64,000 nt of DNA from Nemertoderma westbladi (Eukaryota > Animalia > Xenacoelomorpha), in the NCBI GenBank assembly GCA_032718475.1, contig JAUCBJ010000983.1, positions 30,912 through 94,911 on the forward strand. Direction: 5' to 3'. Numbering within the stretch: the stretch's first letter is position 1; every line of letters starts with the position of its first letter. Under the pieces are notes generated by a model. It was not told where the DNA came from. It made no database searches and saw only the letters and a program-made list of their open reading frames with translations. The position numbers and the translations under genes were made by a program. Positions 1 to 13,279 of this stretch are shown here, one piece after another.

Positions 1-1204
1 ATTTATTTATGTCTGTCCTTACTGTATTATTTTAAAGATCGAATATATTTCAATATTACCGCATTCATTATTATTATTATATTACGTTGCTACTGAAATG
101 TGTTTGTTAATTTGTGTTATGTTTATATATATACTGTATGTAAGCCTAATGAATATATAAAGTTATAATTATGGCAAATAAAGATTGAATCATAACATGT
201 TTCTTACAGATCTCTCTGATTTACAAGACCGTTTTACTTTAGTGAACAACAACATTTGTTGGTACTTTCCATGTTATTATATTAAAAATCAACATTAAAA
301 TATTAATTACACCGTGAATAACTGCGATGATAAAAACAATTTTAATTCGAATTCCGTTCAAATGCTTAACACAAATGGGACATCTGTACTGATTGAAATC
401 TATCGACTTGAACCAAATACTGAAAATACATCGTTGTTGAAACCCGTAAGATAGGAAAGGCGCCTCTTTAACACCCACGGTTGGATGCTCCTTAACTATC
501 CAACCAGTATCATTCCTTCTATTCTATTCTCGCACCCCCCAGCAGAAGTACGAATTAAAATCCCCATCCAACCACCTCTCAGGAATTTACTAGTATCAAC
601 TCTGACAACTTTATACCAAAATTAACATATTAATTAATACTGAACAAAATCATAACACAACTCTTACACCTATACTACGGGTACAAACTGCTCACAGGCT
701 TGGGTTTGCCATTCTGGGTATACTGTTGGTCACGGGGTTTCCTTGGTTTAGGTACTGGGCAATGTGTTGTCTTGGTGGGTATATTGGGCACGGGGTTGCC
801 CTTCTGGGTATGGAGTTGGTGTTACACACAGAGATTTTAAGCCAACATAATAATACAAATAAATGTACTTTTAGTTTATAAGCTCATATGTAAAATCGTT
901 ACAAGTAAAACTAAATAAAAAACACATTTTAGAAAATATTAACGTAATATTTTGATAAAATAATCATTTGACAATTTCATTGGAAGGCGACAAAATATGG
1001 AATTTATATTTATGTGGCGATGTGAAACTGAACGATAATAACATGAGTAGTAGAATGGTTTGTTGAGAACAAACGCAGTAGAATACTGTTGTCGTTAGCG
1101 TAGGTAGATCTGTTGGAATAAATCGTGAAGAACAGATGGAATAGTTTGAGAGTTTAAGAAATTTATTCTTCCAAAATGAATTCAGAAAAAAATTCGAGAA
1201 AATG

Positions 1205-1549
1205 TCATTCGGGTTCTTTATTCCTGGAATTTATCAAATTATGTATCTTTTTCATGAGAACGATAACGAAATCTTCAGTATCGCTGGGTGCGTCACCTAG
1301 CAACCCGACTATATGCTCCTTCCGCTCGCTGTCCGTGTCCATATCCATGAGTTCGTCGATGTCCACAGCGAACGGTAACTTCGACTCGTCCGATTCGCAC
1401 CGGTATATATGTCGTAGATTAGTCTCCAACCATTCCTCCGCGCGTATCCGCTCCTGCACCGTGGACCGGTTGTATCGCGCAGTCAGCACGTAGGAACTCT
1501 TATCCTGCACCAGAACCGGAGACTCAAACTTAACCTTGGAAGAAGCCAT
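1205..1549 (-). CDS. PPP1R14: PP1 inhibitor of the CPI-17/PHI-1/KEPI (PPP1R14) family, intronless
   Basis: ORF from ATG at 1549: KVKF (RVxF-like), then LTARYNRSTVQERIRAEEWLETNLRHIY...VDIDELMDMDTDSERKEHIVGLL...EDFVIVLMKKI. This matches the family pattern VTVKYDRRELQRRLDVEKWI...INIDELLELESEEER...EDFIQELLAKL. Confidence 0.88.
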   Translation of the reverse strand: MASSKVKFESPVLVQDKSSYVLTARYNRSTVQERIRAEEWLETNLRHIYRCESDESKLPFAVDIDELMDMDTDSERKEHIVGLLGDAPSDTEDFVIVLMKKIHNLINSRNKEPE

Positions 1550-2159
1550 GGAAACCGATGTAAACAATGTAATATAACAATGTTCTAAAATGTATCATTA
1601 TAGATACTGTACAAACTACGTTAGATGCAAAACCGACTTTGTTTCTAAATAAAATATTGTAGTATAAAAGATTTTTAAAATACTACAGCAATACAACATC
1701 TTCCGGAATTCAGTGTAGAAATTCAACCCTCCAAAAGTTTTCTACAAATCTTAATGAGGTTGCATGAATTTTGAAACAGGTAGTTTCACCTCTCTCCTCC
1801 TTAGTAGGTGAGTCAAAATTTTTATTTTCGTTTTCACAGATAGGGCAGGGGCCTTCGACGCAAGAAAAATTGTATTCTCTACATGGAAAAATCGACGCAA
1901 TGGTCGGCTATATCCAATAACAATGCGTCTAACCTAATTACTATCCCTCATTATCATGTACAGCATTTTATTGGTGAATTGATAATAACTATGTACTATA
2001 TAAATTAGTTGGCCAGTTATTACTATTTACTATTAATTATATATTTAATATCTATTTTAATTATTGTGTATGTGTTAACTACTGTATTATATATTAAAGT
2101 GGACCAGCCGACCACAGGTGACTTATGGAGGATCGCTAGAAGTCGGCTAGTTTACATAG

Positions 2160-2612
2160 GAAGTATTTAGGTTAGGCCAAGTTCCGACCACTCTTGGGCC
2201 GTGTAGAGTAAGTAGCACGTGGTCGGCTGGTCGTCTTACATATATCATCAAAGGCCTGCAATAGACTATATGGAGGGTCGCTAAAAGTTGCAAAACTTTA
2301 TACACCCTAAAGCCGACTTTGCCGACCAATTCGACTCTTCCGACCACGTCTTGGGCCGTGTATTAAAGGCGACTATTCGACCCAGTGAACTGAGAGTAAG
2401 TCGCAAGTGGTCGGCTGGTCGGCTTACATAATATTATATACAGGGGTGGTCGGAATATTCGATTTGTTCGGCAAAGTCGGCTTTAGGGTGTATAAAGTTT
2501 TGCAACTTTTAGCGACCCTCCATATAGTCTATTGTAGGTAGGCCTTTGATGATATATGTAAGTCGACCAGCCGCCCACTTGCGACTTACCCTCAGTTCAC
2601 TGAGTCGCCTTT
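2160..2612. repeat. Fold-back/inverted-repeat element fragment (MITE-like) with internal duplication
   Basis: About 2220-2335 is the reverse complement of about 2465-2580 (GGAGGGTCGCTAAAAGTTGCAAAACTTTATACACCCTAAAGCCGACTTTGCCGA). 2365-2430 is also inverted relative to 2555-2612. Confidence 0.7.
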
Positions 2613-4689
2613 ATACGCGGTAATCCGGGAGATGTTGTATAATATTATTAAAGACTACAGTAGAATATGGACAATGCAATATAGGGCCTACTGTACCAGT
2701 AGGCCTAGTACGTGAGTTCACCCTCAATAATATCTAATAAAACAAGTTATACCAAAAAATTATATTATGTTGTTCTAACTGGGTTTGTTTGTTAATTGAA
2801 ATTATTTACTGATACTGTAGCTAAGAGAATTATATCTAATACAAAACAAATATTTAATTAACCAAAACAATTTGTCAGGAGAAATAATCCCCAAATATTA
2901 AAATATCTAATCGCAGTTGAACAACACAGAAAGAATCTGAACTTTGTACAGGGTCAAGCGCTCTTCACACAATTTTATAAAGTAAAGGCGTAAAATATTC
3001 TGCAAAACTTCATTTGTATTTATATAGGCCGACTAAGTTATGTGAAAACTAGAAATACAAAAATAGATATGAAATTAATTTAAAAACAGCGATTTGCTAA
3101 AATACTTAAAAGCTACTGTACTACAACACGCCTACCAAAGAAATAGTATTGCTCCAGTCACTATAATCACCCCACTTCAATGACAAATAGTTTGAAGAAT
3201 TTCCTTTGAGCGACGGAAAATCCCAGAAAACATAATACCTGGCGGGGGTAGCTAGTAATTATAATGAGTCAGCCTGTAGCGTATAGGATAGGCTCTAGTC
3301 CATACCGAGAGTTGCTCCCTCCATCACAGAGCTATAAATAGTAACCACTAGGAGTGGAATGCTTTACAAACAAACACTGTTGTTGCAGTGTTGCATTGTA
3401 CTGCACGAACGATGATGCCCTACTGGACTGGAATATGAATCATCTTTTAGTAGGCCTCGTTCTACTCTACAGGAGATACACTAAAAGTTAAAGTATATCT
3501 TTTAATTCCACACAATTGAATTTTTACTTTATTACAACCGACGACGTTTCGTGTATAAAATATTGAACTTTATCCCTATACAAATACAGTACCACACTAC
3601 TGTACGTTGGAAACATAAGTAAAAGAAAGGCTAAAAATGGTGGATTTTCCCTTCAAATAGATTGTCGTAGCTTTGGGATAGAAAATGTCAACAGATCGGC
3701 ATTCGCACAGCCAACCATTTACGTGCTGTTGTTTCCTTCACTAGAATATATATGTAATATATGATTTATTGTATTCGTTCAGTAATCCATTACCCGTGAC
3801 TGTAGTAACCAGTGCACTGCCAACAGAGTCTTATTCAGTAAGAATCTCAAAACTTCATAATTAATTTATCAAACCATCCCGGGAAAAAGGACAACGCCCA
3901 TTCTGTCGACTTGTTTTAACTAAACCTCCCCCTATTGTACACTCCGTTAGATACATCCTGTATGCAATCGGTCAATTAACTGTTATAGGAGCCCCCCCCC
4001 CCCCCCCCCCCCCCCATCCCAAAAGGAAAGCAAGTATTGTTGCTGGGCAACTGATGATCGTTCAAAGATGATGTTTGACCCAAAGTCGACTTTATGTTTA
4101 TGGAAACCCATTTGCTAAAATAGGTTCTCGTAAATAAATGTTTTAGTGTTTCCCTTTTAAGGATATTGCTTTTATTCCTTTACGCTGAACTACTGTATAA
4201 CTGCTATGGATTCGAGATGAAATTTATACGGAACCAGGTGTGTGATTGCGGTGTTGGAATAGCGTATTGTGATATCGCTAAATGTAAGTCCTTTGATAGT
4301 TTCTATGCGTACGGTCGTGAGCTTCAATTCAATATACCGTCAATTCACTTAGCGCCTGCATGCTACCAACACGCAGTTCGTACATAGCAAACAAACCCAT
4401 CGGATATGAAGTATTTTATGGGGTTGCCTTTACAATATTTGAGGGTGGGGGTGAAAGAATGAAGAAATACAGTAAACACTTAACTAGAAATGAATAGATT
4501 CCCAGTAAAAAGAAGGGCACTTATCTAGAGATAATTTACACAAAACATGAAGAAGAAAATAATTTATAAATAAACTTATTGAACTTCATAGGTAAATATC
4601 TATAAAGGCTATAGTAAGTTACATAGTTATAGTTTATACTCGTATAAAGTTTTATTATATGTGCATTCATGTATCTACAGTACCTATCT

Positions 4690-5290
4690 ATAATCGGCAT
4701 GCTGCATTGTAGCTGCATTAAGAATGCTATGCCGGTTTATTGACAAAATTAGACCGCCACAACTCCCTATCCCCCATCGTTTTGCAAAATTGATACGTCT
4801 CAAGAAAGTCATGGGCTGTCCACCATGCTTATTTCACTCCATGTGGCAGCTACAGCTCGAGATCGTGTACCGGCTGGTTTTCACGTCCTGCAAAGCGGAA
4901 GCGTCCCCCTTCAAATATCGAGCTTGGGAGACTAATGAGACACCTACCACCAATGCTGTATAGTATCTAATTTGAGATGTGTTTTATTGTAGCCTACTTG
5001 ACACAGTGAACCCTGCTTAGTATTCTTGTATAAGTACTACCATCCATAGATTTTGTATCCTGTGTGGTTAGAGCCCAGCAAGGACTCCCAAGAGTAGGCC
5101 TACTGGTTCCACTACTGCTCTACTTAATCGATCATTAAGATTCCTTTGCTTTCCATGTGACTTCCAAATCCTGGACAACCCATCCAATCCTGCCATGCCT
5201 TCCACTTACGTATTCGAAGGTCATCACGTGACTTTCAGATCTTTGATCCCAGGTAACAGAAGTCGTCCACATGCTCAAGCATACCATCCT
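4690..5290 (-). mobile_element. Degenerate RTE-clade LINE 3' fragment
   Basis: Dispersed copy of the 52545-53270 repeat (shared GCATTAAGAATGCTATGCC, CCGCCACAACTCCCTATCCCC, GGGAGACTAATGA blocks). The minus strand gives RFAG / MGDRELWR-type RTE C-terminal motifs. Confidence 0.6.
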
Positions 5291-6053
5291 TTGAGATTAT
5301 TTCGCTCATACGATCAGATATTTCCTGAGGACTTCTCTGCCGTGCTTCTGAGAGTAGTTACTGTATTGTACCGGTACTACTGTACATTCGTGTAACATTT
5401 GAATGTACTGTAAGCCTACACAAGTGCAGTACTGTATGTTGTTTTAAAGCATGGCCTACTACACACTATACTGCCGTGTAGTAGGCCATGTTTTAAAGCG
5501 TGATATTGCTGATACATTATTTGTTATTAGTTTAGTTTTATGGGCCTACATTTATTAATACTAAATAAATAATATATTAAAAAAATAAAAAATATATTGA
5601 CTAATAAGCTAATATTACGGCTTATAAGTGTAGCTTGTTATTGTGATACTGCAATTTAGTTGGATTAACTACTGTAGTATAAGTGGCAGCTCCTTGCGGG
5701 ATGACGTATGTGGAAAGTATTGTGTTGTTATTCCGAAAAAGAACTCATTAAAAATAACAAACCAGCTAAACGGAATATTCCGTATACTTCAGTATACGGT
5801 ATTCAAATACTTCAGTACAACTTTTCTATCGAAGGCTAAGTTAAGTTGGAAAAAAAATAGGATATGATCCCATTGTCATGAGAACATGTCAATCACATTG
5901 TGAAATATGCAATTAGGAATAGCCCTAGGGCCTATACAGTTGTTAGACTTGTAGATTAATTGTAGGGCCTATACAGTGTACATTAGACCAACGTTCTGAG
6001 ACCGTATATACTATATATTATAATATATTATTATAACTTATTATATTTGTTTA

Positions 6054-6165
6054 GCACAGCTTTGTAAAGACAGCAATGACTTCCAGGTGGAATTACTTCT
6101 AGTGGATCGAACTGGTAACCTCCAGGTTGGAAGTCTGACGCTCTAACCATTCAGCTAGCGGCTCA
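6054..6165 (-). mobile_element. tRNA-derived SINE head
   Basis: Minus strand: TAGCTGAATGG (A box) ... GTTCGATCC (B box), followed by a non-tRNA tail. A second partial copy lies inverted at about 6330-6380 (+). Confidence 0.6.
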
Positions 6166-6507
6166 GGTAAAAGGTACAGGCAGTAGACCTGAAAAGTACT
6201 ACCCCTGCCGTGTGTGTCCGCAGTCCGTTACCTCCCTATGATGGCTTCCCATCTGTCAATACTATAATCTTGTGCTCAACCCTAACACTACAGTATACTT
6301 TCCCTTCTTTAAAAAGTCGCTCCCAACGCTTACCGGTTCGATCCCACCTGGACGTCATTGCCGACTTTGCAAAGCTGTGCCCATCAAAAGTTATAATAAT
6401 ATATTATGTCATGTTTAAATTATATAATAAATTAAAATATGCTACTATGGAAAATGTTCTACACCAGTTTAAGTCAGATATGCAGTAGACATCTTAGATT
6501 ATGTAGC

Positions 6508-6855
6508 CTATACAACGGCGTTGGACCTGAGTATATCGTCTATCCGCTTATCACGTATCTTCATCTGTTGGTGCTGGTAGACCTTGAGCCACTCCTTGGG
6601 GTCATCCTCCATGTCGTCTATCTTATAGACCTCGTCTCGTGGCTTCGGGACTCGATGGGCCACCGCTGCCCGTCTCGTCGGTCTCCTCCAGTCGAACACT
6701 GTGTCTTCAAAACCAGACCGTCTGTACGAGTCCCACGCGCAGTACTCGTGGTACAGACTGCAGAGGGTTGGCTCGCTCGGGTACCTAGGCAACAAGTCAA
6801 AACATTGGTAAGTGACAGCGAACGTATGGAAATCATTAGCATTCTTTGGGAACAT
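6508..6855 (-). CDS. Possible small protein of unknown function (115 aa)
   Basis: ATG-initiated ORF that coincides with a GC-richer island in AT-rich flanks. No recognisable domain. Confidence 0.35.
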   Translation of the reverse strand: MFPKNANDFHTFAVTYQCFDLLPRYPSEPTLCSLYHEYCAWDSYRRSGFEDTVFDWRRPTRRAAVAHRVPKPRDEVYKIDDMEDDPKEWLKVYQHQQMKIRDKRIDDILRSNAVV

Positions 6856-7787
6856 TATTTAACTGCCACATTTTGACGCTCTTTTTTTCTCGTTTTTTTT
6901 ATTGATTTTTTTTAATTCTTACCACCGTAAAAAAAAACGGGGTAAAGAATAATATGATTAATAAAAAATAAAGTCGGTTTTCATCAATCTTATTAACATT
7001 TTGTAGAAAATTTAGGTGGGGGGGGGGGGGGGGGGGGTGTTACGTTCCTCATCTTTTATGAGATAACAAAACCATCACTAACGCTCCCATTACAATACTA
7101 GTTTCATTAATTAATTTAGGTAAAGACTCACAAGTTCTTAAGACACAACATCTTCGCGGTGTCCAAGGCTTTCTCACTCGCTGTATGTAAGAATATATCC
7201 TTACGAATCTTCATTAACCTGCCGCCTTTACTGACTAATAGCATTTTATTGCCTGTCGGTTTGAATAAATACGACAAATTCTGCAACAAAAAACAACAGT
7301 TCAGTTTCAAATATGTTATCAAGTTAGGAGAGATATGGCATATTATACATATTACAATTCATATTGACATATTAATTGACTCAAATCCCAAATCGAAATC
7401 GGCGAATTAATATCTCGTCTCAATGCTAAATTATACATTTTTTTGGAAAGGAGGATGTTACAGTGTAATACGTTTTTCTATCCAAAACAATAAACTAAAG
7501 TCAATATTACAGGTTACAGTTTTTTATAGAGTAATGAGTTGTTATGTGGGTCGTTTTCCCCTGGAGAGGGATTAATTTATATTGCTTTAATAATCTAATT
7601 AATTCTAATAAATCGCTTACATTAATAGATTAATAAATATTTAATAAATAGATTCATTTTAGTGAATTAATGATTAATTTTAGTGATAAAAAAATTTATT
7701 TATTGTGATATTAGTAACTTAAAACCGTCACGTATTCCTACCAATAGAAAAATCTTATAGCCAATAATATAACGGTCAGTTCCTCGT

Positions 7788-7859
7788 GGTTCTATGGTGT
7801 AATGGCTAGCACTCAGGACTCTGAATCCTGCAATCCGAGTTCGAATCTCGGTAGAACCT
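7788..7859 (+). tRNA. tRNA-Gln (anticodon CTG)
   Basis: GGTTCTA/TAGAACC acceptor stem, CAGGA-CT-CTG-AA-TCCTG anticodon arm, CCGAG-TTCGAAT-CTCGG T arm. A T-run Pol III terminator follows immediately. Confidence 0.97.
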
Positions 7860-8565
7860 GTACTTTTTTGCATTTTTTTCATCAGAGAAAGAATTAATGC
7901 TTTCTTGTCGATGTTGTATCATTCCCGAGCGAAACCTTTTCTTTATAATAGTGTATCTCATATTTCCGGCAGTGGAGCGCTGTTTATTCATTATAACCTT
8001 TATGTAATTCCATTGACGCAGCAAGCAATTTATTGCATTTGGCTGGAGAGGCGTGATCTGCAATCTGTTCTAATAAAACCTTTTTGCTACCCCACCACAC
8101 CCCACCAACTAACTGCCCGGCACTCACATACAATACATTGGGCTATACTAGCAATACTGATAAACCGATAAGTGATAAACTGATGAACCGAAATAGTGAT
8201 TCATGCAGACGTTTCGGTTTATTACTTAAACCATTATCAATGTACAAATAAATAGAGCTAAGTAATAAAATCGACAGAAAGAGCCTACAATAAAGTTTAC
8301 CAATAAAGATAGCACATAATTTTATATAGTGACTAAGTACAAAATCGCTCAACATCTTTATATTATTGAAACATTTTTTTTTTGAGGGTTTAACAGTTGC
8401 ATGGTTTTGCACCTGCGCGAAGTTATTTTATTCTATTTAATAAATTTAATATCATAACAACAAACATAAACAATAACAATACACATAAAAATTTAAGGGA
8501 ATCTTCTTAAGGCCAGGCTATTAGCAACTATATAAACCGTGTACTGATGGCGTATGTGGTATACA

Positions 8566-8650
8566 GACGTTTCGGCCTAGAACGTTTCGGTCCAGGACGT
8601 TTCGGCCTGGACATTTCGGCCCGGACGATTCGGCCCGGACGTTTCGGCCC
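8566..8650. repeat. Short tandem array of a 14-15-bp unit (GGACGTTTCGGCCC), probable transposon subterminal repeat
   Basis: About 6 adjacent copies of GACGTTTCGGCCy. Confidence 0.75.
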
Positions 8651-10169
8651 ATGACTGTAGCCGAATGAAAAGGCCAACTTGTTTGATATGATAATAATTA
8701 TTCATTAAAAGTATAATTATTTCACAATAACATACAAACACTTAATGAAATATCTTTCATGAAATGGCTATTTAATTTATTTCAAAATAAATTAAACATT
8801 AATAAGTGAAGTGGTGCTCTGGTTCCATAGACAATTCGCCATCAATTATATTATGCGGCCGAAAAAATGCAAGTCAGAACAAAACTTTTGGTCCCGAGTA
8901 CCACATTGCTAATATACTACTAAAGCGAATCAATTTCACGAACCATTTAGGGCTTAAATCTCGTCTGATCGATTTATTTTAGAGATACTTCATTAATTTA
9001 AAGCCTAACATAAAGATACATTACTTACAATTACTAATACAGTCATACCAAAGCGTATCTTAAGCATAAATTGTAATAACCTAAAGAAATCGCTGGTATA
9101 AAGCTCAAGAAAATCTTGCCCCCAGTCACCGCCCCCAGTTGACTCGATGGCATGGCCTTGTAAATAGTACGCCTTGACTACAGTACTGCATATAGTGGAT
9201 TACAGTAGGATATAATTCATCCATACATTATGGTAATTGTCAAAATGGTGGAGCCTTCGAGTCGTCTCCGATGTTCATCTATGATGTTCACTTGTCGCTT
9301 TTACTCATAAGGAATGTAAACTGAAATGAAACTAAAACAATGGTCTAAAATTTTAAAAAAATAATCGAAAAAATGCACTTGAGAGTTAGAGAGACGCATC
9401 CTTACATTACAGGTAATTGCCAAGAGAGTGGAGCCTTCCGGTCGCCCCCGGTGTTTCGTCTGTCACGTTCTCTGGTATCTTTTACTTATCAGGAAGGTAG
9501 ACTGAAATTAAATTCCACTTAGGTGTTTCTTCTCGAGATTAAATTCATAAAAAACCATCGGGGTCATATTGACCCCAATGGTTGTTGGCGTGGCCAAGGT
9601 AATTAAATTCAAATTATAAGCGTAAATTAAATTTTTGGTCTACGAAATTATATGGGTCATGTAGAGCACACAAAAATTGAGGAATTCATGGAATTTCAGC
9701 ACCTGAACATTAATTGGACTGAAATGACAACACTTTAAATGTGTCCTTGGGGTTTTAATAGACCCCATGGGTGCCCGTGGGTTAATAATTCTTTTTGAAA
9801 CTTTTTTCCACATCCTGGGGTTGAGCTGCGTCGATTGATATAACTTTCATTGTCTGACGAGCTATAGTTTCGGAGGAGTTAACCCGATATACATAGATAG
9901 ATAGTGAATACTTTAACAGTAAGAAGTCCTAACGGTCTTCTAATGAAAATAAATTGCATTGCTGTGAACCAAAAACATTCATAAGAGTAGAAAATGTAAC
10001 GTATTTACATTAAATCAACTATTCGTTATACAGTATATTAATGTAACATATATGTAATGTTAATATAACTTTAACTTTATTTGCCATCAATAGTTATTTA
10101 ATACATAAAAATTGCACCCCAGCACAAGTCTTTTTATTATCTTATAAGAAGTATTAAGTTGAAATGAGA

Positions 10170-10970
10170 ATGGGATGGTGAACTACTTATTGTCTATGAT
10201 AGCCTGGGTAGCAGCTAATAGCATAGCTAGTAAGCGCTGCCACCCAGGAAATTAAGTATTATGTATGATAGTATGAGATTAGTGGTATATGTATGAGATT
10301 TAGTGTTCGAACTGGTGAGTTGTGGGGGGAGGGTGAGGTTTGGGGGGGGGGGGGGGTGTGCTTTTCCTTATTTTAGAGGTGAGGCGAGGGATGTGTACAG
10401 TCTGTGTGTTAGTACTGTAATATATAACAGTTGTATTAGGTTAATTAACTTATCGATTATTTAAATAGCAAGTACTATAGATTGGAAAGTAGGTACTGTT
10501 TGTAGTTCCTAGAAAAACATTGTTTAGAAGATTGCCTAATAGTAAGAGGGATATTGTTCCAGATAGTAGGACCAAGGTACTTGATAGATCGCTGTGCAAT
10601 ATCGAGTCTAGTAAGGGGGATATGGAAATTACCTTGAGCAGATGATCGGGTAGAATGCTGATGAATGGCTGAATGAAGTCTTATTAAATAATAAACCTAA
10701 GTCAGACTGAGGATTAATACTGGAACTATTAATGTCATGCATGAGTATAGCAGCCTGGTGTTTAAATAAAAAATCGAATGGTAAGATATGTAATGACTTA
10801 TATATGGGAGTAGAGGAGGACTGAAAGTGGCTAAATGTTATACAACGGAGTAGTTTGTTGATTTTAATTCTGAGAGGCTTTAGTGTAGTAACATTAGTAC
10901 TTCCCCACAGTAGAAGTCCGTAGTGTAGGTAGGGGTGGATTGGACTAAAATAGAGTTGTTGAAGAAGATT
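10170..10970 (-). mobile_element. 5'-truncated L2/CR1-group LINE (ORF2 C-terminus plus 3' UTR)
   Basis: Minus strand reads YLHYGLLLWGST...LRCITFS...HQHSTRSSAQGNFHIPLTRLDIAQRSIKYLGPTIWNNIP. The 3' UTR contains a hairpin CCTGGGTAGCAGC...GCTGCCACCCAGG. Confidence 0.8.
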
Positions 10971-10975
10971 TCAGG

Positions 10976-11622
10976 TCAAAATGTCGAAAGAGTCAAATTG
11001 TCGAACAGGTCAAAATGTCGAAAGAGTCAAGTTGTCGAACAGCCATGTCAAATTATCGAAAAAGCTTTCGACACAGACATGCCAAATTGTCGAAAGAGAC
11101 ATGTCAAATTGTCGAAAGAATTAATTAATAAATGAATGTTGTAGACTAAACTTGTAGGCCTATTAATGAATGAATGAGTGGGACTAAACCTGTAGGTACT
11201 TTCAGTTTGGTGCAATATAATACACTAAACAACACTGGAGTAAGTCATTACTTGTTTACTAGATGTTATAACATCATAATTTTTAGTTTTTAGTTTAGTT
11301 TATAGCATAAGCCCTTATGGAGTTCAATCATGTCCCCGCTAAATTCGTTGAGTCCGCTGTTAGGAAACATAAGGTAATACAATTCAATAGTTTGAGATGG
11401 CCCGGAACTGTTCTCGAGTTTCAACAAAGTAAGACTTATAAAGATAACATATACTATAAATGCTCACAGTGTATTAAGCGTGGACCAAATACCATTGTTG
11501 CGACAATAATGGTCACTAACGGTACTATTCAGAATGATCCGGACCATCCCGAAAACTATAACAAAAAACCGCACGGATGTTTACCAATTTACGGATGTTT
11601 AATGTTGACCATAAGCCGTTGA
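10976..11622 (+). mobile_element. DNA-transposon remnant: GTCAAA(A/T)TGTCGAA subterminal repeats followed by a FLYWCH-like CCHC zinc-finger ORF (11317-11622)
   Basis: About 7 copies of GTCAAA(A/T)TGTCGAA at 10976-11118. The ORF contains YYKCSQC...DPDH...PHGC, resembling the zinc fingers of MULE-type transposases. Confidence 0.4.
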
Positions 11623-11970
11623 AGAATATATAGAGGGAAAATATAGCGTAGCTTATAGAATAGCCCGGACGTTCTAGAAATTTTCTTAAGTATATATGCA
11701 ACATGCGGTTTCCAAAATAATTTGTTGTCCACCCAAATTCCAAGAAATTTTGTACTGTTTGATTAATTTATTTTATGATTATTGATTTGAGGTGCTGGCA
11801 TTTGGGTGGCATCTTTAGTTAAATTCGAAAATATAGTATATTCTGTTTTGGTCAAGTTAAGCGACAGACGGTTAACCATTCTGCAACTTTATTTAGCGCA
11901 ATAATTTTTATTGTCCATTTTTATCCTATTTTTGTCAATTTTTTTTTTGATTTTTTATGTCATCCAACAG

Positions 11971-13201
11971 TGTACGCGCTTTTGAAGACCTTTAGCAGTT
12001 TAACCTGCCAAAATTTATATGTCTTTTGGTTTATAAATAGACTTTAGAAGTTGACAAATATTTAATACCAATAAACACAACATTAGCAGAAGCCAGCCTA
12101 GTGCGCGTCCATTCACCCGCTGGATATACCCGGGAGACTGGATTCTGAGGGCTTAGATTATTATTGCAGTGTAAGCTTACTGTATTATTCGATTGATCGT
12201 TAATAAATAATTTCTGACTAATATTATTCACTTTCGGGAAATATTAACAGTTCCTTTAGGACGTGGCGCTCTATCTAGGTAAACAGAGATATGACTTATA
12301 CTAATCACAACGGTAAGTCGGTAAGGCTTATGATTCACGTATGAGGCGCATTCTTTAGGAAATGCTTAGTTATCAGCCACAATCATGCACACTACCGGTA
12401 ACACACAATACTGCTCACTAATTTGCCGACCGTCAATGAATTTTATCATATATAAAGAGAACAGCAACTGACTCATGTAGTGCTTATCAAATAGCATTAA
12501 ATTCACTACAAACCACAATAATATAAGTCGCAATCGCTATATATAACCCGTCTCTCTAACCTGTAGTGTATCAAGAAAATTGGGAAATTTGGGTTCTTTA
12601 TAGATGTTCTCCAAATAATATTCAACCAACTGATACAAAATATGACAACAGTAAAAAGCATTAAGACGGTATGTTAAGTTATGATATGAACTGATAACAG
12701 TTATACGCTCTATAATCTTAAGCCTACTAATGTTTCCTCTAAAGTCTGAAACGAATTGACTCTAGAGCCGGTGTTCCTGGCCTAGATAGAAACAACACAA
12801 CAGTATCAAGAAAACAGTAAGACTGAACACTACTAGCACGATCTGCTAAATATCTCCACATCGACAGAAAAAATCGCTCTGATTGGCTTAAGCTAAACAA
12901 AGAACCATGTGTCCAATGGCCGTTTCCATGTCAGCAACCAGCTGTTAGATGTCGTAATCTGAATCATCAAGGCTAAGCTGTGCCAGGGTATTTGGTGCAT
13001 TGCGGGTTTTTTGCCTTACCATGTCCGCCAAAGCACACATATGAAGAATGACGTTTATGTCCGTTAAAACACCTATAATGGTACCTTGCGGGCGAGGGGG
13101 ATATATATATAGTTAGAGAGCTTTTTAGAGTATTCCAGCGCCTGGGGGGAAACTGGATTGCAAAGCAAAAGGGCCAGTTATATCCCACAGAAGCTTTTAC
13201 A
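11971..13201 (-). repeat. 3' LTR of element A (1231 bp)
   Basis: Near-identical to 22622-23847; by eye about 4 substitutions, one 6-bp indel and one 1-bp indel. Confidence 0.95.
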
Positions 13202-13279
13202 CCGCTCCCAGAAAATGGGATTTGAGTCTATAAAATATACAAAATCACAGTTTCTAATATACGTAAATACTCTAAAAAG

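Noticed and set aside
1176-1493. 105-aa plus-strand ORF
   Set aside because: Antisense shadow of the PPP1R14 gene.
5441-5497. 22-bp-stem hairpin as a miRNA or terminator
   Set aside because: More simply a tiny palindromic repeat remnant; nothing else supports an RNA gene.
9230-9510. Degenerate ~180-bp tandem duplication and an adjacent GGG-TTAA end near 9785
   Set aside because: Probably old transposon debris. No matching second terminus was found, so it cannot be classified.
12031-12231. Duplicated small ORFs (also 22682-22882, 41901-42290/50541-50921, 42314-42502/50945-51133, 42789-42980/51420-51611)
   Set aside because: They are duplicated only because they lie inside LTRs. No domain is recognisable, and one pair differs by a frameshift.
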